Assembly: GCA_964016885.1 (NCBI GenBank)
Contig: OZ024743.1
Location: 16,740,001-16,804,000, forward strand
Origin: Eledone cirrhosa
Taxonomy: Eukaryota
Length of the DNA stretch: 64,000 nucleotides
Reading direction: 5' to 3'
Part shown: positions 26,721-40,209 of the stretch, one piece after another
How positions within the stretch are numbered: the stretch's first letter is position 1
Layout of the letters: each line of letters begins with the position of its first letter
The notes under the pieces: generated by a model
What the model was told of the DNA's origin: nothing
What the model saw: the letters and a program-made list of their open reading frames with translations, nothing else
Database searches by the model: none
Made by a program: the position numbers and the translations under genes

Positions 26721-26838
26721 TCTGAGTTCAAAACCCGCCGAGGTTAACTTTGCCTTTCATCCTTACGGGGTCGATAAAATAAAGCACCAGTAATGCACTG
26801 GGTATGTGCTGGCCTTGTGCAAAAAGTAGAAGCAATTA
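26721..26838 (+). mobile_element. tRNA-SINE, 5'-truncated (B box, core and tail)
   Basis: ctgagttcaaaacccgccgaggttaactttgcctttcatccttacggggtcgataaaataaagcaccagtaatgcactggg. Confidence 0.88.
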
Positions 26839-27088
26839 GATATACGGATTTCCTTACATGTAAGTTCAAATTTGTTTTCCACCTCATTGCATTAGATAGT
26901 ATATTACAAGTATTATACATCGATTTAATTACCAAAAATCTCTGGAAGGAATCATCGTAGTGATAAGTGTAGAACATATAATAGCAAGACTGCAATAACG
27001 GATTAAAAACATACATTTCACATTTGGCCAATCATTACCCACAAACCACAAAGAGTAACCGTAAAAAGAAACTGAAAGTAAAACATAC

Positions 27089-27214
27089 CTCTATTTTAGG
27101 TAGAAAAACAATCATCCATGCGGTAGTAAAATTAACATCTCTAGGCTTGCTAAAATCCAGATATGTTTGTAAATGAGAACTTACATCGAGTAAACTATTT
27201 TTGGACATGTTCCC
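27089..27214 (-). CDS. Candidate 126-bp phase-0 host exon (GNMSKNSLLDVSSHLQTYLDFSKPRDVNFTTAWMIVFLPKIE)
   Basis: Acceptor ccttgcag, donor GAG/GTATGT, exactly 42 open codons, in non-repetitive sequence. Confidence 0.38.
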
Positions 27215-28151
27215 CTGCAAGGATACATTAATGATACACTATCCATTGTTATAAACAAATTGAAATTGTGAGGCTGTGCAAAAATACGCTTCCATAGAAA
27301 ACATGCTTCATGGCTAACGTCACGTTCTGGCAGGATATTAAATCGTACACAAATTATTATTATCCTTTTATTTGGATTTTATTTCCAGCTTATATCTATA
27401 GCTTATATTTATTGTAAGTTATCTTTATAATTGTTGGTTCCCACCGAATGTGGGAAACATGTAGATAATATAATATTAACAGTTTCTTTTCACACATACT
27501 GTAGAGAGAAACATGAAGTAATAGTTAATAATATTGTAGTTTTGATTAAATTAAAATAAAAGTTGACCCTCATCATATCTTGATGATCATTCTACAATTC
27601 CGAGAACTGAATGGGGAACTGACGCATAAAGAAGATACATAATGACATTTCATTCTTTTTGTAAATGTAAAACGGCATTCTCTTCACTCAGTTCCATCAC
27701 ACAAGAGACATATTCACTGTCAAGTTAATTGTATATTATGTAAATATATACTGCAACTGTTTTGATAAACAACTAGAGAAGCTGTGCAGGAACAGTGTGA
27801 AATGATATCATCTAAAGATCCGTAAGGAAAATTAAAAGGTGCCTGTTAACACTTCCGTGCATCTAATGTGAGTGTGTCGAAGTATAGCTTTGGTTTTAAT
27901 TACCGGCAGTAATGTTTTATTTCTTAGATGCAATAACAGGGCAATCCAGAGAGGAGAATAGTTTAATAAAATCATGTTACTCGGTCAAATCATTAAAGCA
28001 TATATAGTGCATGAAATATTCGGACGATTGCTGAGTAGTGAAAAACACATGCAACAACTTACATCATAAAATACATATTTTTTCATGAAAAGTAAAATGA
28101 AGCAAATTGCATAAATGTATACACGTATTCTCTCAAACCCACAGACACACA

Positions 28152-28263
<112 letters not shown>

Positions 28264-28273
28264 AACCAGTAAG

Positions 28274-28367
28274 ACCCCGACAGCTGAGCTCAAGCCGTTT
28301 CGACGGCTAATTCTGGACTAAATGAAAATTTATCCTGGTATTTAAATAGCCGATCTTCTCAAGGGGT
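28274..28367 (-). ncRNA. Type I hammerhead, U3-A8 variant (inverted-arm copy)
   Basis: Reverse complement of 31202-31295. Confidence 0.75.
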
Positions 28368-29121
28368 AATTCCATATATGGTCAAAGTGATTGTCAAAAA
28401 TTAGTAGTAATTCTGTGGTTGCAAATTAGTAGGGGAGATGCTGGCTAAACCTGCCAGTAGGAGAAAGAGGGGAGGGGGTGGAGTAGACCCAATCAAGCGT
28501 TGGTAGTGCCAGCTACAGCTGGGCATGAGGTCAAAGAAGATACAGGGGAGGGGGAGGGGGAGGAAGTCGGAACGGTAGGTAGAACAATGGGGGGTAGAAA
28601 TATATAGGAAAGAAAAAATACTGAGAGTGAAGAAAAGCAAATAAGTGTAAAGAAAAAAGTAAAGTAAATTAAATTCTACGACCTAGGTCTCAGGCTATTG
28701 TTAGGCTAGAATAAAATAAAGAAAGAAAGAAAGAAAGAAGTAAAGAAATAAATAAATAAAGAAATAACGAAATAAGTAAAAGAACTAGGTGGGACGGATT
28801 AGGCAAGGACCCTTTTAAGAGGTATAAGTACGTAAATGATACGGTGACGGGTCAACAAAAGGGGCCAAAATACTAAAGAGACTACCACGAAATAAACAAT
28901 AAAGGTTTCCATCCCGGGCCAGCAACGACCCAGTGCAGCAAAGTGAACTTGTACGAGATAATAATTCTGAGTTCCGAGAAAAATATATACTAATGTTAAC
29001 TCTAAAAGATCTAAAACAAGCTACATGAAAGTTCGTACGAAATAAAGGTAGAATACGGAGAAATAAATTCAGAATCCACCCCGCCCAGAAGAAAAGCGAA
29101 GCAAGAAATACTGAAACGAAA

Positions 29122-30106
29122 CTTCCTGGACGTGACCCTCGACCTCGAAAACGACCTGTACTACCCATACAGGAAACCTAATGACAATCTGCACTACATC
29201 CACCGCCGATCAACCCATCCTAGGAACATCACAAACAACCTGGTCAAAAACATCTCCCTCCGCATATCCCGTTTGTCAGCTAATGAGCGGATATTCGATG
29301 AACATGCGCCTTATTACAACCAGGCCCTCAAGCGGAGTGGTTTCCGGGAGGAAATATCCTACTGTCCAGCTCCCATTAGCGGAACCAGCAGGAGACACCG
29401 CCGCTCACGCAATGTAACATGGTTCAATCCTCCCCACAACGCAGAGGCTACAACTCCCATCGGGAAACTATTCTTTAGGCTCATTGAAAAACACTTCCCA
29501 TTACAACACCGCTACCACAACATAATTAACAAAAATACCATCAAACTCTCTTACAGCACTACACCAAACTTCGCACAAAACATCGTCTCCTCTAACAACA
29601 AAAAACTCAACCCCGATGGCAGAAATAACCTAAATAGCAGTGGATAACCGACCAGGAGGTGTAACTGCCCGGATAGATCTATTTGCCCACTCGACAATAG
29701 ATGCAGAGACCGTAATGTGATCTACCAGTGCAACGTGAGGACGGATACCTCCAACAAAGCCTATATAGGACTTACCGCATGTGACTTCAAGACCCGGCTA
29801 TACCAACATAGACATACCTTCCGAAACCCGGCCCGGCGTCACGCCACTACACTTTCGGGCCACATATGGGACCTCAAGGACAACAACATCACCTATGATC
29901 TCACTTGGAGATTACTGTCCAGAGCCAATTCTTACACGGGAGGACGCCGTCCGTGCAATTTATGCTCGGAGGAAACTTTACAAATGCTGTTTTCGACGGA
30001 CCAACTCCTAAACAAGAAAGATGAACTGGACACTGCATGTAAACATAGATTGCGTAGGACTTACCTCGCCCTCAAACCCCATAATGACCCGGGGGGGGGG
30101 GGGTAG
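29122..30106 (+). pseudogene. PLE RT thumb, CxCx5C linker and GIY-YIG endonuclease, with one in-frame TAA
   Basis: ORF-track 29132-29647 and 29717-30106 are in the same frame, separated by TAA at 29645-29647. Confidence 0.9.
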
Positions 30107-31201
30107 ACTAGGGCTATAACACCCCACTTGCCGATTTTGCAATGGGTAACCCCTGCTTGCCAAGGAAGACGTAAGATCTTCTTTGTATTCTTTTATCGCT
30201 TCCTTTATTTCCTTCCCCCCTCTCTCCTTAGTCCTTCTACCCCAGCTCTTCTCCTTTGTCGGCGTCTTTTCTCGCCCACCCGAGGCTGCCCTTTGGCCCC
30301 ATGTAGCCTTAGTACCCCCACCACCCCCTCCCCTAGTCTATGATAGATTTGGCGGACTCCGCCCTTTATAGCAGTTGGCTTAGACCCCGGATACTTGCCC
30401 CCTTTTTCCGACCGCTCCCACTATTCTCTGTGCCCTCTATATTTCTTAGTGGCACTTATGCCTTATTTTTTCGTTTCAGTATTTCTTGCTTCGCTTTTCT
30501 TCTGGGCGGGGTGGATTCTGAATTTATTTCTCCGTATTCTACCTTTATTTCGTACGAACTTTCATGTAGCTTGTTTTAGATCTTTTAGAGTTAACATTAG
30601 TATATATTTTTCTCGGGACTCAGAATTATTATCTCGTACAAGTTCACTTTGCTGCACTGGGTCGTTGCTGGCCCGGGATGGAAACCTTTATTGTTTATTT
30701 CGTGGTAGTCTCTTTAGTATTTTGGCCCCTTTTGTTGACCCGTCACCGTATCATTTACGTACTTATACCTCTTAAAAGGGTCCTTGCCTAATCCGTCCCA
30801 CCTAGTTCTTTTACTTATTTCGTTATTTCTTTATTTATTTATTTCTTTACTTCTTTCTTTCTTTCTTTATTTTATTCTAGCCTAACAATAGCCTGAGACA
30901 TTTACTTTACTTTTTTCTTTACACTTATTTGCTTTTCTTCACTCTCAGTATTTTTTCTTTCCTATATATTTCTACCCCACATTGTTCTACCTACCGTTCC
31001 GACTTCCTCCCCCTCCCCCTCCCCTGTATCTTCTTTGACCTCATGCCCAGCTGTAGCTGGCATTACCAACGCTTGATTGGGTCTACTCCACCCCCTCCCC
31101 TCTTTCTCCTACTGGCAGGTTTAGCCACCATCTCCCCTACTAATTTGCAACCACAGAATTACTACTGATTTTTGACAATCACTTTGACCATATATGGAAT
31201 T

Positions 31202-31295
31202 ACCCCTTGAGAAGATCGGCTATTTAAATACCAGGATAAATTTTCATTTAGTCCAGAATTAGCCGTCGAAACGGCTTGAGCTCAGCTGTCGGGGT
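31202..31295 (+). ncRNA. Type I hammerhead, U3-A8 compensatory variant with an extended stem II
   Basis: acccc-UUGAGAA-gaucggcua...uagccguc-GAAA-cggcu ugagcuc agcu-GUC-ggggu. Confidence 0.78.
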
Positions 31296-31386
31296 CTTAC
31301 TGGTTCCTATTACCCACTCTACTACCTCAAGTATTGAGTACTTTGGTGCGTTATGGTCCACCTGGTTCCTTACCACATTTCCTTCG

Positions 31387-31420
<34 letters not shown>

Positions 31421-31515
31421 CTGTGTTGTTACTGTTTACTCTTTTCTTCCCATTTGCTTTCCTTCCCTCCTTCCTCCGTTTTCCCAATAACTTGTCCAGT
31501 TATTGACGCCCAGAG

Positions 31516-32758
<1,243 letters not shown>

Positions 32759-34356
32759 ATATATGTAGGGAGTGCATGCGTATGTCTCTGTGTGTGGAAG
32801 AAATGATCGTGTTGGAGTAGATGATGGTACGCAGAAAAATAGATTGTTGAATAAAGTAATATCATATGCTTCGGCAATGCAATATGACACTGATTGCAAC
32901 CTATTTAACTGTTTCTTGGATCCATCTCCCACTAGAAATTCCTTTTATTTCTACACACATCATTGTTATAAACTGTCTCTGTTTTACTACTGAGTAAATA
33001 CGAATCCAATAAGTGTAACGGAAAATATTCCGTGATAAATCCTAATCACTACCAAGTTTTGGTATAATACGAATGATAATGACTTGATTGTAGACAAACA
33101 GAAGCATTTTCAATTTTACTATATGGTTTCTATATAATGAATTGTAGGGAGAATAATTTAGTTGAATAACATTATTTGTCTTCTGAAGTAGCATATCAAT
33201 TTTATGTTAGTGTGAATACTTCTCATTCACCAGTAATTTTGAGCTACTTAAACTCGAAATATTTGTTATATTTAACTGTGAAACTCTGATCACATTCTGA
33301 TGCCTATATCATCATTAAACTGATTCATTTTCTAGCTGCCAGATGTAAGAATTTTAAATGCTACACAAATGCTATGATTTTGTGTTTGTCCTATAATATC
33401 CAATTCGTGAAAATGAATATTATATATGACAAAAATATTGTTATGCATATTACCGTGTAACTTCGAATATAGAAACACAGTTTAAAATGTATTACACACC
33501 ATCAGTAGTTAGACATTAAATTGTTATATGTTTAATTATTTGCCTTAAATGTCCGATCATGTTCTCTAGCCTTAATATAGTTTTGATGCAACTGTTCTAT
33601 TATGATCTTCATTTGCATCCTATATATCGTTTTCAATACATGGGGTAACTTTCCTTCCAACACATTCTCCTTTGTATGTGCATTCAGCACACGTTAGGTA
33701 GTTTACAAACAACTGAGCATTCTCAAGTAAATGGGTTTAGAATCAAAAGGAAAGTCTTTCGTCCTAAAGAGAAGTAACTAGATTTATTCACTCTAAAGAT
33801 GAATATGAGAGAAATAGCATATCTCCCTTCAATTTAATCTTTCGTAAATAATCTCAGATAATGATGTACACAACTAAATTATTCTTTGCAACTCCCTGAA
33901 ATATTTTTATGTGAAGCGTAATCTTTTAACCGGTAAGAAGAGTATTCAGTTAATTAGAGGAATATATTACATCTGTGGATTGTATTCTAACATAAAGTAC
34001 GAAATCGATATCAACTGTCAGGTTAGAAACGAGGACACATTTTTATTTATCTTTAATTATATTTTGCCTGATGCATCTACCGTGGATTTCATGAAGACTT
34101 TCTATTGTGAAACGTTGAAATGAAGGCTATTTGAAAATAATGGAATTTTATAATGAAAGATATATTTTCATGTATTCCTCCCGATTCTAATTAAAAGCGT
34201 GTTTCATCCAACTACATTTAAGAGCGAGAATAAAGTAATAAGTTAGAAACCATGTGCTTCATGGAAACATTAATCTCATTCTCGGAGTCTTGCTCATCCA
34301 TACCAAATATACATTGTACAGATGGTATGTAATTATAATGGATTTATTTTACTTTG

Positions 34357-34404
<48 letters not shown>

Positions 34405-34575
34405 CACTCTCTATCTCACTCTCACTCGCTCTTTCTCTCTCCCCCTCTCTCCCTCTCTCTTACTCTCTCCGCGTCTCTCTCTATGACTCCCCCCCTCTCT
34501 CTCTCTATCTATATATATATATATATACAGTATATATATAGAGACATGTGTGCGTCTGTGTGTGTGTACGTACAA

Positions 34576-34636
<61 letters not shown>

Positions 34637-35005
34637 ATGAAACAGGGGCTGTGTAGTTGCTGGATAAGGTGTAATTATAATTAAGAGGACAGCATGAACG
34701 AGAGAGAATTTTCGGTCATCAGTTGTCTGCTGGGGATCATGAATATTTCTACGCTTTAAAGACAATATATTTCACCCCAGTGACTCAATAACTAAAGGAA
34801 GTTAATATATATATCATAAAACATGTCTAGAGAATCACCAGATAAAATATATACCGCTTCCTCTCCCAATTAGCATAAATAACCATATAAAATATCAATT
34901 AGACTACGCTGTAAGAATAAAGGCTCCTATGAAAAAATCTCCGACAAATAACCGAAAGCAGCCCTTCGCGGTGGTTGCGATGGAGTATTTATCGAGTATT
35001 TCGAT

Positions 35006-35236
35006 AGCGTGTATAAATCGACCAGATATACAGTCAACTAAACAGAATTAGGTGTAAAATAAACTAGGAGAAAAGTGAACATATTTAGTTACCTCTACCA
35101 TTTCCCATGTTATCGGATATCTTAAAATGCGGACGAAACCATGGTAGAGGTAACCAAATATGTTCACTTTTCTCCTAGATTATTTTACACCTAATTATGT
35201 TTAGTTGACTGTATATCTGGTCGATTTATACACGCT
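35006..35236. repeat. Hairpin with 96-bp arms (about 3 mismatches) and a 39-nt spacer
   Basis: 35006-35101 is the reverse complement of 35141-35236; the spacer/arm junction reads cGAAAccaugguAgagg, a hammerhead 3' half. Confidence 0.93.
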
Positions 35237-35239
35237 TAA

Positions 35240-36640
35240 AATAGTTTATTATTAAATTAGATATATGCATTTGTCTAAATATAAACAAAGATTATATTGT
35301 CTAAAGATTAAGATGATACCTATCATTTATATATAACATAATATAATACAATAAATAAGTTACTCATAATATTGTTAGAAATTAAGGTTTTAGATCAATT
35401 ATTATAATAAGGTCATGTATACATATATACTATAAATATGCAATTCAAGCTTCTTGAATCATACGGATAAGAATCTGATTCAAAGGAAAATAATGTATTG
35501 TCTGCGATCTTAGATTTTCTTTATATAGTAGTATAATGTATCTGCAAACATGAGAAAGAGAACGACTAAGGATTTTATTGACCCGAAGGTAAGCCAAATT
35601 TAATTAAATTAAATTAAATAATAATCGTTATATAACTTAGAAATTTAGAAAACATTTAGAACATATTTAACGATTATAACACTAGAAAATAATTAAAGTA
35701 TCTAAAGTACTTATCAATAATAATCGTTATATATTTAGAGAGTTTAGAAAATATTTAGAAAATATCTATCTAGAAAGTCATTAAAGTAATTAAATTACTT
35801 ATAAATGTAACTAAAAACATGATATTATACTAGATATACAGATTTGTTCAAATATAAATAGAGTATTCTAGATATTAGTGATCGATATACATATAATAAA
35901 TAAACAGTACAATCATTGTTAGTAATGTTATAATTGAAGTTTTACATCAAAATAAGTGGAAAAAAAACATTGTCGACTAGTATGGTGTGATGCATATACC
36001 GTATATATATAATTCAAACTTCCTGAATCGTAAAACATACTCCAGATAAGTAAATATACAAAAACATAAATGCATGAATAATTTACGGTACATTATAATT
36101 TTTAAGCGTATAAGCCATATATAAAAAACATATACAAGAATCCCAATCAAAATTAAATATATCTTAACAATCAAAAGATATGCACATTCCTCGAGAGATC
36201 ATATTAACCAATAATATGTTTATATACCTAAACAGGACCCGTTAATCTAACATTAATCATATCATAAAAAAATTAAAGAATAACAATTATTAAAGTTTTA
36301 TAATCCGTTATAACGTTTTAGGTACACAGTTGATAAGTGACGTCAAAAGTTAGACGTCAAAAATTAGAACCTGTTTATTTAGTGTTTTTTCCTGACTTTT
36401 TGCGAAGCTTGGAATGTAGATAGAGCTTTATGAAGGCAGTTTGAGAATAATTCACTCTTTTTGTTAATTATATTTTCACAATCAGTAATTATTAAAAGGG
36501 TCTTCATGGTACAGAGTTTGCAGTTAGGTGGTATTGGCGAATTCAAATAAATTCTACTATTACATATCTTCACCCAAGAAATCGATTATTTTAAGTTTTT
36601 GTCTTTTAATGACCATATAAGTCGAAGATTTCCTATTAGG
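35240..36640 (-). mobile_element. Decayed Naiad-like PLE 3' remnant with AT-rich UTR
   Basis: 36379-36573 encodes PIPPNCKLCT...IINKKSELFSNCLHK, matching the GIY-YIG C-terminal CxLC...LNKRSEL..C.H pattern; extent of the UTR is uncertain. Confidence 0.6.
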
Positions 36641-38134
36641 ATTCGAAAAAATAAGAAAAAAATATATATATGTATATACGCACACGCACACACTCACACA
36701 CACACACACTCACACCCACACATAATAACATAATATATATACTCTGTAAAGTTCGTATACACAATTATTTCGGTTTTGTGTTATTGCTTTGATGTTCATA
36801 GAAATGCATCTTATTCACGATATTATCTCTGCACTCTGTACTATCTATAACTGAAACTATTAGCTCACAAATCAACCGTAATATATCGTGATATAATGTA
36901 ACGTATTCCTATCTAACTTATTCTGCCGAGGTGATGGACGATATATGCTTGTTAAATATTGGGTCATCGTTTGGAGAACCGCTTAGCGGGAAAGATAGGG
37001 GTACATATTCCAACTATTGTAGGTAAGTAAATTAGCTTAACAGTGATCAGTATTTTGCTTATCGTATGTTGATGGTAATTTTTACATGGTTTTATTCTTC
37101 ACATTGTAAACGGCACTAACACCCGCAATTTTGAAAATCAAATGACAACTGACAACGTTTAAAACAATGCTCCATGGATTAGTTATCATGCCACCCGATA
37201 TTCCTTTGCATTAGTGGCTCAGAGGGTGTAGGTGAAATATCATTCCGATTAATCATTGCCAGTATGAATTATGTCAGTAGCACACGAGTGTGCTCTTCGA
37301 TTACGCTGCATACGCCATTTCTTAGTAAATCAAAGCATTAACATATTATATGTAGGGTAAGATCACGTTTTCTGGTTGCTTCCAGATCTCTAAAGCTTTA
37401 GCGAATATCATTTTGTTTAAAAAACCTTTTCTAAAGATTCTGGAATGCGATAGAAGACTTCAACCTGCTCTACATCATTCGGTCTATTATTATCAGTCTG
37501 GTAGTTTCTGTAAATGTATATTATATTAAACACAATAACACATTTAAAATGCATTAATCAGATTTGAATTAAAATAGAGTTCCTAAATCATAAAAAACGC
37601 CCTTATTAATTAAACAAAAATTGAGAATTCCTGCCAGGTGGAAGTTTATATTACGTGGGTTTAAACATACATACAGTATGCATTCTTATTTTATTTAGAC
37701 TTGTTATAAATGTTCTTATGATCTCTATCTATGCATTTGAATATTAGTGTATCTTTTATTTATTTCTGTTTTACTATATTATTTTATGTCTTTAAACAAA
37801 TCAGCCATATCATCGTTAACTATTAGAATTGGTCATTTCATTCGTATAATTCCTTCAAGAGACCTGGAAATATAACTATCACCTCCTTGACATTGTTATT
37901 GCAGCAACTAAATAAATAGATATCACAATAAGATATCGATATTGAAACATTTAAGTTGTATAAAAGACTAAGATATAACTGAAAAAACACACAAGAACTT
38001 ACTGCGATAAGTTTAGTATTATTGTGTTATACAAATTGATGGTGTAAAATCCAAAAGTACTCCGCCCACTCGACTCTCTCTCGAATGAATGGGCGAATAA
38101 TAATAATAATACTAATATCAATAATAATAATAAT

Positions 38135-38510
38135 AGAGGACTGTATTCAGATGGACAAAAACAACCTGCACAAGTATGTGACTGACAGTAGGGAGTCAAT
38201 GTTCAAATTGTACTGAAGGAGAAGACAATAGACCAGGGGATATCCAAGGAGGAAATAACAACAAGGAGGAATAGTAGCCTTCCTGAAATATCCCGATTGT
38301 CATAGGCGCACTAGTTACTATCTCAAAGAGGTTCAAGGATGGTTAAAGAATATTAGATCTTCCGCCATTGTTGGAAAAAAAAAAGCATGCTTGCTGGGAA
38401 CAGCAAGAACTCTCCGATACGTCTTGAATGGTTTAGGCTGCAGGGAGCGGCTTGATATTCATTTCAACAAACTTTCCAGTTAAATAACATCAATGATTAA
38501 AACTCAAAGA
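38135..38510 (+). mobile_element. Old, internally deleted copy of R4/Dong-type family B
   Basis: Matches 38670-38820 and then 39430-39650; flanked by (AAT)n. Confidence 0.8.
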
Positions 38511-38524
38511 ACAACAACAACAGC

Positions 38525-38572
<48 letters not shown>

Positions 38573-38573
<1 letters not shown>

Positions 38574-39652
38574 GGAAGCTATTGACTATCTACAACATGT
38601 TCCACAAGAGGAGTGATGTCGATAGACTCTACCTAAGGAGATCTGAGGGTGGAAGAGGTCTTATCAGCATAGAGGACTGTGTTCAGATGGAGAAAAACAA
38701 CCTATACAAATACGTGACCTATAGTAAGGAGCCAATGCTCAGAGCTGTACTGAAGGAGGGGACAGTAGGCCAGGGGATACCCAAGGAGGAAATAACATCA
38801 AGGAGGAAGAGCAGCCTTAAGGGAAAATCCCTTCATAGTACCTTCTTTGAGAAAACTGAATTTAGAGATCCACAGACATGGAACTGGTTGAGAAGAGGAG
38901 ACCTCAAAAAGGCTACAGAAGGAATGCTAATGGCTGCGCAGGAGCAGGCCCTCAAAACGAAGTGGTTGAAGCACCATATCTACAAGGAGGAGGCTAGCCC
39001 GCTGTGCAGGATCTGTGGAGAGAGAGAGGAGACTGTGGCTCACATTGTGTCCGAGTGTAAACACCTAGCCCAGACCCACTATAAGGGCTGGAGACACGAT
39101 GTGATGGGCAGGGTGATCCACTGGCACCTGTGCAAAGTAAACAATCTACCACATTCTGAGAAATGGTATGAGCATAGGCCAGAGGCGGTGATGGAGAACA
39201 GTCAGGTGAAGGTGCTGTGGGATTTTAGGATACAGACGGACAAAAAACTGGAACACAATAGACCTGACCTGGTGGTTGTGGACAAAGAAAAAAGATCGTG
39301 CCTGATTGTGGATGTGGCCTGCCCGTTCGACACGAGAGTGCAAGAGAAGGAGAGGGAGAAAATTAACCGATACCAGGACCTAAAGTGGGAGGTGAAAAGG
39401 ATTTGGAACTGCCATGAAGTCAAAGTGATCCCGATTGTCATAGGCGCACTGGGGACTATCTCCAAAGGTTTCCAGGGATGGTTAAAGAAAATCGGCCCCT
39501 TCACGCTTTTTGGAACGCTTCAAAAGGCATGCTTGCTTGGAACGGCAAGAACCCTCCGATACGTCCTGAATATCTGAGGCTGCAGGTAGTGGCTTGATAT
39601 TCAATCCAACGGACTTTCCAGTTAACCAACATCAATGACTGAGATTCAAGGA
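38573..39652 (+). mobile_element. 5'-truncated R4/Dong-type LINE (family B): RT C-terminus, CCHC and restriction-like endonuclease in an open 331-aa frame
   Basis: RLYLRRSEGGRGL; CRICGEREETVAHIVSEC; RHD; HNRPDLVVVDK...IVDVACP...EKINRYQDL; (AAT)n on both sides. Confidence 0.93.
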
Positions 39653-39690
39653 ATAACAATAACAATAATAATAATAATAATAATAATAAT

Positions 39691-39931
39691 GCCATGAAGT
39701 CAAAGTGATCCCGATTGTCATAGGCGCACTGGGGACTATCTCCAAAGGTTTCCAGGGATGATTAAAGAAAATCGGCCCCTTCACGCTTTTTGGATCGCTT
39801 CAAAAGGCATGCTTGCTTGGAACGGCAAGAACCCTCCGATACGTCCTGAATATCTGAGGCTGCAGGTAGTGGCTTGATATTCAATCGAACGGACTTTCCA
39901 GTTAACCAACATCAATGACTGAGATTCAAGG
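39691..39931 (+). mobile_element. Tandem 240-bp 3'-end copy of Dong family B
   Basis: Near-identical to 39411-39651, with its own aataacaataacaataat tail. Confidence 0.92.
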
Positions 39932-40209
39932 AATAACAATAACAATAATAATAATAATAATAATGCTTTCTTTATTAACCACAAGGGTTTACATAAAGTG
40001 GACATTAAGGACAGTACAGGACAACACAGGACGGTACAAATGGGGGTTTCTGCGTGTAAAAAAAAACAGAGGATGTAATAAAAAATAACAATGAAAAATT
40101 CCCCTATACGGGGCCGACTTCCGAGGGACATTTGTGGAGAAAGCCCATTAAAAGGCCAAAGTGACCCTGAGCACCAGGGCAAGTGCCCTCTCCCAGTTTT
40201 CCACCTTCT

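Noticed and set aside
29640-29720. Selenocysteine recoding, reported for some Naiad PLEs
   Set aside because: The in-frame stop here is TAA, those at ~190 and ~230 are TAG and TAA, and the 568-aa frame has ordinary Cys codons. There is no UGA at conserved Cys positions and no convincing SECIS.
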